Positions 50,993 to 59,505 of a stretch of 64,000 bases of DNA are shown here, one piece after another. The stretch is from the NCBI GenBank assembly GCA_016177705.1, contig JACOUT010000005.1:94374-158373 (forward strand), read 5' to 3'. Origin of the DNA: Deltaproteobacteria bacterium. Its GTDB lineage: Bacteria > Myxococcota > UBA727 > VGSZ01. The number at the start of each line of letters is the position of its first letter. Position 1 is the first letter of the stretch. Below the pieces are notes generated by a model that was given only the letters and a program-made list of their open reading frames with translations, was not told where the DNA came from and ran no database searches. The translations under genes and the position numbers were made by a program.

Positions 50993-51550
50993 CTAGGCCT
51001 CCAGCTCGTCGCCCAGCGTGGGGCGCGTGACGGCGGACTCCAGCTCGTCGAGCTGGGTGTCGAGCTGCGCGTCGATGACGCCGGCCTCGGTCTCGATCAA
51101 CACGCCGCCCGGCTTGACCCGCTTATCTTCGCGGATCTCGAGGTCCTTGGCGCGCGTCAGCACCGCCACCAGGCGTGCCTTGTGCTGACGCAGGATGGGC
51201 GCGTCGCGCGGGCTAGTGCGCAGGTTGATGTCGCGGGCGGTCTTGGCGGCGCCGAGCGCAGTGGCGGCCACGTCGACCACCGCGTCCTCGCGCGTCTGCA
51301 GCTCGGCGGCGATCAGCTCGCGCGCGACGCGTAGCGCGGCCCGGACGATCTCACCGTCGACCTCCTCGAGCATGCGCACCTCGAGCCCGGCGATCTCCTC
51401 GCGCATGTGCGCGGCTTGCTCGGCGCCCTCGCGCTCGCCGTCGGCGGCGGCCTGCGCAATCAGCTCCTCGACCTGGCGCTCCGCCTCGGCGAGCAGCGCG
51501 CGCGCCTTCTCCTCGGCTTCTTCGATGAGCGCGTCGGCGTCGGCCGTCAT
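50993..51550 (-). CDS. FliH/SctL-family protein
   Basis: The C-terminus RINLRTSPRDAPIL...KPGGVLIETEAGVIDAQLDTQLDEL closely matches the FliH/YscL C-terminal signature (GGCxxETxxGxIDAS...). The N-terminus is a Glu/Ala-rich coiled coil. Confidence 0.6.
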   Translation of the reverse strand: MTADADALIEEAEEKARALLAEAERQVEELIAQAAADGEREGAEQAAHMREEIAGLEVRMLEEVDGEIVRAALRVARELIAAELQTREDAVVDVAATALGAAKTARDINLRTSPRDAPILRQHKARLVAVLTRAKDLEIREDKRVKPGGVLIETEAGVIDAQLDTQLDELESAVTRPTLGDELEA

Positions 51551-51561
51551 CGCACCTCTCC

Positions 51562-52302
51562 CTACCTCGCCGGCTCCTCGGCCGTGTGCTCGAGCATCTT
51601 GGCGCCGTCGGCGTCGCTGCGCAAAAGAGCGTCCCGCTCGCGCATGGCCCACAGCACGATGGCGACGAACGCAAAGGCGATGACGCCCGCCCACAACGCG
51701 CGCCGCTTGGCCTTGACCGTCTGATCCTCGCCGAGGGCGCCCAGGTCGCGCGTGGCGGACATGGTCGCCATGGCGAGCGCCAGCACCTCCTCCTGCGCGC
51801 GCCGCGCCGCCGCGTCGTTCGGTGCCACGTCGAGCACCGCGCGGTAGCGCTGACCGACGAACGCCAGCTCACCGGCGGCCGACGCGCGCCGCAGCAGCGC
51901 CTTGTGCGCGGCCTCGCCCTGCCAGGTGTCGAGCAGCTCGACGAAGGCGGCCGCCAGCTCCTCCTGTGCGCCGCCCGACGGGGGCAGTGCCGCCAGCCGC
52001 TCGCGCAGCCGCGCACGCAGCTCGGCGTCGAACGGACCGGCCATGATCGTCGCGGGTGCGGGCGCGCTTGGTGCCGCCACCACCAAAGCACCGCTCGCTG
52101 CCGGCAGCTCGCGCGGCGGTGCCACGCGCGGCTCGGCCTCGACGTCGACCACGTGGGCCTCGCCCGCCGCGCCTGCTTCGGGCAGCCAGGCGACGGCGCC
52201 ACACGCGGCACAGCGCAGGCCGGCGCGCCCCGGCTGCAGCTCGGCACGCGCGGCCCCGACCAGCGCGCGGCAGGCGGGGCACTGGAAGATCAGCGCGTTC
52301 AT
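51562..52302 (-). CDS. zinc-ribbon plus C-terminal TM protein, hypothetical
   Basis: CPACRALV...CAACGAV at the N-terminus and a hydrophobic helix near the C-terminus. The start overlaps the upstream gene's end. Confidence 0.45.
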   Translation of the reverse strand: MNALIFQCPACRALVGAARAELQPGRAGLRCAACGAVAWLPEAGAAGEAHVVDVEAEPRVAPPRELPAASGALVVAAPSAPAPATIMAGPFDAELRARLRERLAALPPSGGAQEELAAAFVELLDTWQGEAAHKALLRRASAAGELAFVGQRYRAVLDVAPNDAAARRAQEEVLALAMATMSATRDLGALGEDQTVKAKRRALWAGVIAFAFVAIVLWAMRERDALLRSDADGAKMLEHTAEEPAR

Positions 52303-54482
52303 CCGCTCTCGCCCTTGGCGAGCGCCGCCGGATCACGCGTCTCGATCTTCTCGCCGTCGATGACGAAGTGAATCAGCTGCGTTGTCGAGTCGCCGTGCTC
52401 GTTGAAGCGGATCAGCCCGGTGACGCCCGGGAAGTCGGTGACGCCGGCGATGGCCTGTCGCAGCGACTCGCGCGTGCGCAGCGCCGGCCGCGCGGCGTCG
52501 CCCACCAGCAGCGCCTGCAGGATGGCGGCGCCGTCGTGCGCTTGCGCCTCGATGAGCTGCGGCTTGCTGCGGTGCACGTCGGCGAACGCGCCAACGAACT
52601 TCTGCACGCGCGGCGTGCCGTCGGTCGGGTTGAAGCCGTCGACGAAGACCGCGCCGTCGATCTGACGACCCAGCCGCTTGGTCAGCTCGGGGTCGTTCCA
52701 CATGGAGACGCCGAGCAACTGCACCGGCCGCAGCGAGTTGTTGCCGGTGGTCTTGCGGTAGTTGTCGACCGTGCGGTGGTCTTTGGTCAGCAGCACGTCC
52801 TCGGCCACCAACGCGGGCACGATGTAGCTGACGGTGCGGTAGCTGTCGGGTACGAACAGCGCCTCGAAGTCGACGATGGGCTTGGCCAGATCGCCGCAAC
52901 CCTCGAGCGCCTTCTTCTTCCTGTACTCGTTGGTGATCTGCTGCGCCTCGGCGCGGCACTCGGCTACCTCCGTCGATGAGGCGATGCCGCGCCCCACCAG
53001 CGACTTGGCCTCGGCGGTGAAAGTGGTCTGGTCGTGCGCGTAGCCCTCGACCGCGGTCACCTCGGCCTCGCGCTTCTCCAGCTCGTCCCACAGGCCGTTC
53101 ATCAGCTCCACGCCAAAGGGATCCTTCGGGTACATGATGGCGAAGCGCTTCATGCCCATGCCCTCGACGGTGAGCCGCACCAGCGCCTCGGCCTGCTTGT
53201 GCGCCGTCAGCGCCAGCCGGAACGACCAGGGCCCGGTCTCGGGCACGCCGTCCCTGCGTGACAGCGAGATGAGCGGCACGCCGGCGTCCTCGGCGGCGAG
53301 CGCGGCCGGCAGCGAGGTGTCGAGCAGGATGTCGCCGAGGATGGCGATGACGTGCTGCTTGGCCACCAGCTCCTCGACCAGTTGGCGCGTGCGCACCGGA
53401 TCGCCGGCGGTGTCCTTCACCACCAACGTGATGCCGGCCGGCGTGGCGATGGTGCCCTCGAGGCTCGCCTCCTTCGGCTTGGGCTTGGGCGCGGGCGCCT
53501 CGGTCGGCACGACGGCCTCGCCGGTCTTCGGATCGAGCTCGGGCTCCGGTGGCGGCGCCTCGGCTTTGGGTGTGCTGCCGAAGCCGATCTGAATCGCCGT
53601 GAGCGCGCGCTTGCCGTACGCCGCGTACTTGCCGGAGAGCGGCAACAGCACGCCCACGGCCTTGGCGTCCACCTGGACGCGTGCTTGCAGCGACGCTTGC
53701 AGCGCGCGCGCGTCCTTCGCCCAGCGGCCGCTGCCGTAGCGCGAGAGGTAACGCGTGGCCATGTCGTTGGCGGACGCGTAGTCGCGCAGGTGCACGTGCA
53801 CGCGCGCGAGCTTGATGGTCAGAAGCTCGTCGAGGAAGGTGCCCGGCTTGGCCTCGGTCTCGAGCAGCAAGCGCAGGTCGCCCGGCGCAATACCGCCGTC
53901 CACCGCGGTGATCATGCGCGTCTCTAGGTCGGCGCCGGCGCCGGCGCCCGCCGCGAGCGAGCGCCCGAGGTAGCGCAGCGCCTCGGCGCCGTGGCCCTGC
54001 GAGAACAACTGCTCGCCGAGCTTGGCCGAGGCGTCGGCACGCTCGGCCTCGGGCATCTTGTCGATCAGGCTCTTGAGCGTGGGCGCGGCGCTTTTGGCGT
54101 CGCCCTGCTGGAGCTGCGCGAGCGCCAGCAGGTAGCGCGCCTCGTCGGCAACCGGCGTGGTCGGGTCGTGCAGCAGCAGCTTCTCGACGGCGGCCTGCGC
54201 GCCCGGCGCGTCGCCGGCGTCGAGCAACAGGCGCGCGAGCCCGACCGAGGCGGCGCCGAACGAGGTGGTGTCGGCCAGCTCCTCAGTCACCTTGGTGAAG
54301 TTCTTCTTCGCCAAGCTGTCGTCGTGCGCCAGCGCGGCGGCGTTGCCGGTGTCGACCAGGAAGCGCGCGTAGTCCTCGGCCGGCATGGTGCGGCCGTCGA
54401 CGGTGATGGTTCGGGTCGTGCCCTGCGCGGTGGTGGTCGTGCAGGCGAGCAGCAGGAGCAGGAGGCAGGGCAGGGAGCGCAT
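52299..54482 (-). CDS. LpoA/LppC-like lipoprotein: N-terminal TPR domain plus a type-1 periplasmic-binding-protein fold
   Basis: Lipobox LLLLLLAC, a TPR-rich N-terminal half and an LivK-like PBP1 C-terminal half (VIAILGDILLDTSLPAALAAEDAGVPLISL). The start is taken at MRSLPC. Confidence 0.55.
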   Translation of the reverse strand: MRSLPCLLLLLLACTTTTAQGTTRTITVDGRTMPAEDYARFLVDTGNAAALAHDDSLAKKNFTKVTEELADTTSFGAASVGLARLLLDAGDAPGAQAAVEKLLLHDPTTPVADEARYLLALAQLQQGDAKSAAPTLKSLIDKMPEAERADASAKLGEQLFSQGHGAEALRYLGRSLAAGAGAGADLETRMITAVDGGIAPGDLRLLLETEAKPGTFLDELLTIKLARVHVHLRDYASANDMATRYLSRYGSGRWAKDARALQASLQARVQVDAKAVGVLLPLSGKYAAYGKRALTAIQIGFGSTPKAEAPPPEPELDPKTGEAVVPTEAPAPKPKPKEASLEGTIATPAGITLVVKDTAGDPVRTRQLVEELVAKQHVIAILGDILLDTSLPAALAAEDAGVPLISLSRRDGVPETGPWSFRLALTAHKQAEALVRLTVEGMGMKRFAIMYPKDPFGVELMNGLWDELEKREAEVTAVEGYAHDQTTFTAEAKSLVGRGIASSTEVAECRAEAQQITNEYRKKKALEGCGDLAKPIVDFEALFVPDSYRTVSYIVPALVAEDVLLTKDHRTVDNYRKTTGNNSLRPVQLLGVSMWNDPELTKRLGRQIDGAVFVDGFNPTDGTPRVQKFVGAFADVHRSKPQLIEAQAHDGAAILQALLVGDAARPALRTRESLRQAIAGVTDFPGVTGLIRFNEHGDSTTQLIHFVIDGEKIETRDPAALAKGESG

Positions 54483-54687
54483 CAGGTGGGGTCTTCCTTG
54501 AAACGGCAGGGGACGTTCGGGGACATCCCGGGACGTTCTTGCACCGGCAGAACGGGCGCGCCGCGGGCGGCGTTCCGACTCTCGACGAGGTCGGCGCACC
54601 ACGCAAGGCCGCGCGCAGCCCGGTGGTGGAGGCGTGTAGGAGAAGGTCGCACTTGCATCGTCGCAATCATTCGAGAAGGGTGCGCCC

Positions 54688-55947
54688 ATGAACGGCGCCT
54701 TCCGCCCCGTGCCGCGCACCGGCGTCATCTTCGTCACCAGCGAGGCGGAGCGCCGCGGCTACCGCGCGTCGGACCCGAGCTGGTGCAACCTCGGGCAAGG
54801 CCAACCGGAGACCGGCGCCTTGCCCGGTGCGCCGCCTCGCCTGCAAGCACTCGCCATCCCCGACGACGCCTACGAGTACGCGCCGGTCGCCGGCCTGTGG
54901 GAGCTGCGCGCCGCCGTCGCCGACGCCTACAACCGCCGTTTCCGCCGCGGTCTGCCGTCGCAGTACAGCGCGGAGAACGTCGCCATCTGTGGTGGCGGGC
55001 GCTTGGCGCTGGCGCGTGCCGCCACCGCGCTCGGCGAGGTCAACCTCGGTCACTTCCTGCCCGATTACACGGCCTACGAGGAGCTGCTCAGCGTCTTCCG
55101 GCTGTTCAACCCCATCCCCATACTTCTCGAGGCCGAGCGTCGTTACCACTTCTCCGTCGAGGAGCTGCGCAAGGAGATCCTCGGCCGTGGCTTGTCGGCG
55201 CTGTTGTTGTCGAACCCGTGCAACCCGACGGGGCGCACGCTGCTCGGCAGCGAGCTGGCGGCGTGGGTGGCCACCTGCCGCTCGCTCGACTGCGCGCTGC
55301 TCGTCGACGAGTTCTACTCGCACTACGTGTGGGCGCAGGCCGACGGCGTCACCAAGCCGATCGTCTCGGCAGCCGAGTACGTCGACGACGTCGAGCGCGA
55401 TCCGGTGGTCATCATCGACGGCCTGACCAAGAACTGGCGCTACCCGGGCCTGCGCATCTCCTGGACGCTCGGGCCCAAGCAGGTGATCGAGGCGGTGGCA
55501 TCGGCGGGCTCGTTCTTGGACGGCGGCGGCTCGCGGCCGGCGCAGCTCGCCGCCGTCGGTCTGTTGCAGGACGACGTCATCGACGCCGAGACCGGAGCCA
55601 TCCGGCGCGCCTTCGCCAAGAAGCGCGACGTCATGGTGGAGGCGTTGCAACGCTTGGGCGTGCGCATCGACGCTGTGCCGCAGGGCGGCTTCTACGTCTG
55701 GGGCGCGGTCGACGGGCTCGGCGCCGGCATCGACACCGGCATGGAGCTGTTCAAGCGCGCGCTCGAGCGCAAGGTCATCGTGGTGCCGGGTGCGTTCTTC
55801 GACATCAACCCCGGGCGTCGGCGCACCGGGCGTGCCTCGCGCTTCGAGCGCCACGTGCGCTTCTCCTTCGGCCCACGCCTCGACGTGCTCGAGGAGGCCG
55901 TGCGCCGACTGCAGCGCCTGGTCAAAGGCGAGCCGGAGCCCGCGTGA
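54688..55947 (+). CDS. PLP-dependent aminotransferase (class I/II fold)
   Basis: The fold-type I aminotransferase layout is present, with [12 protein letters not shown] and the lysine region DGLTKNW. Confidence 0.8.
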   Translation: MNGAFRPVPRTGVIFVTSEAERRGYRASDPSWCNLGQGQPETGALPGAPPRLQALAIPDDAYEYAPVAGLWELRAAVADAYNRRFRRGLPSQYSAENVAICGGGRLALARAATALGEVNLGHFLPDYTAYEELLSVFRLFNPIPILLEAERRYHFSVEELRKEILGRGLSALLLSNPCNPTGRTLLGSELAAWVATCRSLDCALLVDEFYSHYVWAQADGVTKPIVSAAEYVDDVERDPVVIIDGLTKNWRYPGLRISWTLGPKQVIEAVASAGSFLDGGGSRPAQLAAVGLLQDDVIDAETGAIRRAFAKKRDVMVEALQRLGVRIDAVPQGGFYVWGAVDGLGAGIDTGMELFKRALERKVIVVPGAFFDINPGRRRTGRASRFERHVRFSFGPRLDVLEEAVRRLQRLVKGEPEPA

Positions 55948-56651
55948 GCCTGCGCGCGGCGTCGCTGCTGTCGTTGGCGCTCGCGCTCGCGTCCTGCGTT
56001 GGGCGCAGCGGGGTGGTGCGCTGGGAGGACGTGGAGCAGGCGCCCGAGCGCGCGAGCGCGCCGGTGGCCGCGCGACCGCCGACCGAGAAGGCGCCGACCG
56101 AGAAGGCGCCGGCCGAGAAGGCGCCGGCCGAGAAGGCGCCGGCCGAGAAGGCGCCGGCCGCGAAGCCGGTCGCGCCCGTCGCCGTCCGGGGCCCCGTGCT
56201 GGTGAACGGCGCGGCCGTCGACGACGGCGCGCTCATCGAGCTGCCGGCGCTCGAGCTGGCCTGCCTGGCCGACGCGCGCGCGCTCACCGAGCCCTCGCGC
56301 GTCGCCGCTCGCGTCGACGAGCAGAAGGACAAGCTCGGCGCCACGCTCGGCACCTTCACCTTCGTCGTGCTCGAGCGCGACCCGGCGCGCTCGCTCACCG
56401 ATCCACCGCCACGCTTCTGCCGGCCGCTACAGGGCGCGAGCGCGCTGATCGCTCCGCTGTTGCACAAGCGCGAGCCGGCGGCGCGCTGGCTGGTGCGGCG
56501 CGCGAAGGACGGCGTGGCGGCCGACGCCGCCGCGCTCGTCGAGGACTGCCGCGCCAAGGGTCTGACGCCGAGCGGTCGGCCGCGCGTGTTGCTCGACGAC
56601 GCCGGGGCCATCACGGCGCTGGCGCTGCCGGTCGCCGCGGGAGGTGGCTGA
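55944..56651 (+). CDS. lipoprotein with (P/A)EKAP pentapeptide repeats, hypothetical
   Basis: The GTG start overlaps the aminotransferase stop (GTGA). Lipobox LALALASC and the repeat [30 protein letters not shown] are present. Its stop overlaps the fmt ATG. Confidence 0.5.
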   Translation: MSLRAASLLSLALALASCVGRSGVVRWEDVEQAPERASAPVAARPPTEKAPTEKAPAEKAPAEKAPAEKAPAAKPVAPVAVRGPVLVNGAAVDDGALIELPALELACLADARALTEPSRVAARVDEQKDKLGATLGTFTFVVLERDPARSLTDPPPRFCRPLQGASALIAPLLHKREPAARWLVRRAKDGVAADAAALVEDCRAKGLTPSGRPRVLLDDAGAITALALPVAAGGG

Positions 56652-57604
56652 TGGCACGCTTGGCCTTCTTCGGCACGCCGGCGCTCGCGGCCACACAGCT
56701 CGAGGCGCTGCTCGCGAGCGCGCACGACGTCGTGCTGGTGGTGGCGCAGCCCGATCGCCCGGCGGGTCGCGGCAAGCAGCTGCAACCTCCGCCCACCAAG
56801 GTGCTGGCGTTGGCGCGCGGCGTCGAGGTGGCGCAGCCCGAGACGCTCAAGAAGGAGACGCCGTCTGGCGAGGCGTTCTTCACCTTATTCTCGTCGAAAA
56901 AGGTCGACCTCGCGGTGGTCGCGGCCTACGGCCGCATCATCCCGCGCCGCCTGCTCGAGCTGCCGCCGCGGGGCTTCGTCAATGTGCACGCCTCGCTGTT
57001 GCCTCGCTGGCGAGGTGCAGCGCCCATTCAGCGCGCCCTCGAGGCGGGCGACGCCAAGACCGGCGTCTGCCTGATGCACATGGTGCCGGAGCTCGACGCC
57101 GGCGACGTCTATGCGACGGCCGAGGTGGCCATCGACCCCAACGACGATGGCGAGACGCTCACGGCCAAGGTCGCGGCCGCGGGCGCGCGCCTCTTGTCCA
57201 CCAACCTCGATGCGCTGATCACCGGCGCGTTGCCGCGCGTGCCGCAGCGAACCGAGGGCGTGACGTACGCCGAGCAGCTCGAGAAGCACCACGGCGGCGT
57301 CGATTGGACCAAGAGCGCGCGCCAGCTCGTCGACCACGCGCGCGCCATGCACCCCTGGCCCGGAGCCTTCACGAGCCTGGGCGACGAGGTGCTCAAGCTG
57401 TTCTCGCCGTCGCTGGCACCGGGGCAGGGCGCGCCCGGCGCCGTGTTGTCGGCTGGCGACGGCCTGGTGGTCGCCTGCGGTGCCGGCGCAGTGCGCTTCG
57501 GCGAGGCCCAGTTGCCGAACAAGCGCCGCATGCCGGTCGCCGAGCTGGTCAAAGGCCGACCGATCGCGGTCGGCACGGTCCTCGGTGCGGCGGCGGCGAC
57601 GTGA
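56651..57604 (+). CDS. fmt: methionyl-tRNA formyltransferase
   Basis: GGGAGGTGG upstream of the ATG. Motifs FFGTP, HASLLPRWRGAAPIQRA and the C-terminal Fmt domain are present. Confidence 0.9.
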   Translation: MARLAFFGTPALAATQLEALLASAHDVVLVVAQPDRPAGRGKQLQPPPTKVLALARGVEVAQPETLKKETPSGEAFFTLFSSKKVDLAVVAAYGRIIPRRLLELPPRGFVNVHASLLPRWRGAAPIQRALEAGDAKTGVCLMHMVPELDAGDVYATAEVAIDPNDDGETLTAKVAAAGARLLSTNLDALITGALPRVPQRTEGVTYAEQLEKHHGGVDWTKSARQLVDHARAMHPWPGAFTSLGDEVLKLFSPSLAPGQGAPGAVLSAGDGLVVACGAGAVRFGEAQLPNKRRMPVAELVKGRPIAVGTVLGAAAAT

Positions 57605-58392
57605 GCGAGCAGGACGGCGCGCTGCACGAGGTCGCGCGTCTGGTGTCGACGTGCGAGCGGCTGGTCTGGCTCACCGGCGCCGGCCTCTCGGTCGCGAGCG
57701 GGCTGTTGCCCTATCGCAAGTCCAAGGACGCGGTCTGGTCGCGCTTCATCACCGACTGGGGGACCATCGAGCGCTTCCGCGAGTCGCCCGTCGAGTGGTG
57801 GCGCGAGTTTTGGCTTAAGGCCCACGCCGACCTGGCGCACGGAAGCCCAATCGAACCGAACGCCGGCCACGACGCCATCACGCGCATGGTGCGGTCGCGT
57901 CCCGCGCACCTGGTGGTGACGCAGAACATCGACGGGCTGCACAGGAAGAGCGGCGTCGCCGAACAGCAGTTGGTCGAGATCCACGGACGACACGACCGCT
58001 TCATCTGTACGCGCCCAGGCTGCGCGCGCGTGCTCGAGCCGTTCGGCACGGTCGACCTGTCGTGCCTCGACGAAGGCACGGTGCCGCGCTGCGACGTGTG
58101 CGCCGAGCCGCTGCGGCCGCTGGTGCTGCTGTTCGACGAGAGCTACGACGCGCACCCCGCCTACGGCATGCGCACGGCCCGGCGCGCGCTCAACGACGCC
58201 GAGGTGATCCTGTTCGTCGGCACGTCGTTCTCGGTCGGCATCACCGACTACGCCATCCGCGCCGGGCGCTACGCGGGCGCACGCCTGGTCAACGTCAACG
58301 TCGAGGCGGCCGAGCAGCACGGCTTGGTGAACCTGCTCGGGCCGGCCGAGGTGACGCTGCCGGCGCTCGCGGCCATCACCGACCCGAGCTAG
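57601..58392 (+). CDS. cobB: NAD-dependent protein deacylase (Sir2/CobB family)
   Basis: The GTG start overlaps the fmt stop (GTGA). Motifs GAGLS, QNIDGLH and the zinc-ribbon Cys pairs CTRPGC...CDVC are present. Confidence 0.85.
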   Translation: MSEQDGALHEVARLVSTCERLVWLTGAGLSVASGLLPYRKSKDAVWSRFITDWGTIERFRESPVEWWREFWLKAHADLAHGSPIEPNAGHDAITRMVRSRPAHLVVTQNIDGLHRKSGVAEQQLVEIHGRHDRFICTRPGCARVLEPFGTVDLSCLDEGTVPRCDVCAEPLRPLVLLFDESYDAHPAYGMRTARRALNDAEVILFVGTSFSVGITDYAIRAGRYAGARLVNVNVEAAEQHGLVNLLGPAEVTLPALAAITDPS

Positions 58393-58554
58393 CCGCTCGG
58401 CCGAAAATTTTGCGGAGGGGACAACCTCCTCCATGATGCTCCAAGCGCGCAGCGCGGAGCAGCGCGGCGCACCAACGACGACGAGGGCACGGACGACGGT
58501 CCGAGCGCGCGACGCGCGCTCGTGGGCACGCGTGCGCGCCGAAGGAGCGAAGGA

Positions 58555-59487
58555 ATGGTGGCCATGGCGAAGGAACGGGTGGCGCGCGATTTCCAGCCGG
58601 GCGAGGTTGAGCCCTTCGACCTGCAGACGCCCTACGAGCCGGTCGCCGAGCCGGTGCGTGCCCCGCGGCCGAGCCAGAGCCTGGCGCCGCGCACCGCCAC
58701 GCACCTGACGCCGCTGTCGAACCAGCTCTACGAGGGCGATGCGCTCGGCACTTTGCAGCAATGGGAGGACAAGACCTTCCACGCATGCATCACCGATCCG
58801 CCCTACAACATCGCGCGCGACCGCAAGGGCCTCTCCTGGGCGTTCTCGTCGCACGTCACCATCGACAGCGAATGGGACCGCTACTCCCCGGAGGAGTACG
58901 AGCAGTTCACCGCGTCCTGGCTGAAGGAGGTGTGCCGCACCGTCAAGGAGAACGGCAACATTTTCATCTTCGGCAGCTACCACAACATCTACACCATCGG
59001 CGCCATCGCGGCGCGGCTCGACCTGCGCGTCATCAACAGCATCATCTGGGCCAAGCCGAACGCCCAGCCGAACATCACCTGTCGCATGCTCACCGAGAGC
59101 ACGGAGCAAGTGCTGTGGATCTGCAACAACAGCAACAAGAAGGCGAAGAACTGGACCTTCAACTACGACGACATGAAGGCGCTGAACGGCGGCAAGCAGA
59201 TGCGCAACTTCTGGGACATCCCGGTGACGCCGGCGCGCGAGCGGGTGCACGGCAAGCACCCGTCGCAGAAGCCGCTCAGGCTGATGGAGCGGCTGGTGCT
59301 GTGCGGCACCAACCGCGGGGACCGGGTGATGGACTGCTTCGCCGGCTCCGGTTCGACGTTGCTCGCTTGCGACCGCCTCGACCGTCGCTGGGTGGGCGTT
59401 GAGCGCGACGCCGAGTACCTCGGCATCGCGCACAAGCGGCTCGACGACGAGCGCCGCCAGCGCCGCCTGCCGCTGCTGCCGCGCTAG
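58555..59487 (+). CDS. site-specific DNA methyltransferase, beta-class (N6-adenine or N4-cytosine)
   Basis: GAAGGAG lies 7 nt upstream of the ATG. Motif IV DPPY (ITDPPYNI) precedes motif I FAGSGST, which is the beta-class circular permutation. The region has visibly lower GC than its neighbours. Confidence 0.85.
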   Translation: MVAMAKERVARDFQPGEVEPFDLQTPYEPVAEPVRAPRPSQSLAPRTATHLTPLSNQLYEGDALGTLQQWEDKTFHACITDPPYNIARDRKGLSWAFSSHVTIDSEWDRYSPEEYEQFTASWLKEVCRTVKENGNIFIFGSYHNIYTIGAIAARLDLRVINSIIWAKPNAQPNITCRMLTESTEQVLWICNNSNKKAKNWTFNYDDMKALNGGKQMRNFWDIPVTPARERVHGKHPSQKPLRLMERLVLCGTNRGDRVMDCFAGSGSTLLACDRLDRRWVGVERDAEYLGIAHKRLDDERRQRRLPLLPR

Positions 59488-59505
59488 CCGCACGAAGCGG
59501 CGCGC

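Noticed and set aside
53991-56651. 886-aa plus-strand ORF spanning the lpoA-like gene (antisense), the aminotransferase (wrong frame) and the repeat lipoprotein
   Set aside because: It is a composite of shadow and out-of-frame sequence. Only its last ~235 aa (from GTG 55944) correspond to a plausible gene, which is annotated separately.
57601-58392. Sir2 as a defence-system component (Thoeris/DSR/SIR2-HerA-like)
   Set aside because: The protein has the canonical sirtuin zinc-ribbon Cys pairs and a CobB-like length, is translationally coupled to fmt, and has no HerA, TIR or other defence partner adjacent. A housekeeping deacylase is more parsimonious.
57109-59493. 794-aa minus-strand ORF antisense to fmt, cobB and the methyltransferase
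   Set aside because: The translation is Arg/Ala-rich, and three well-supported plus-strand genes occupy the region.
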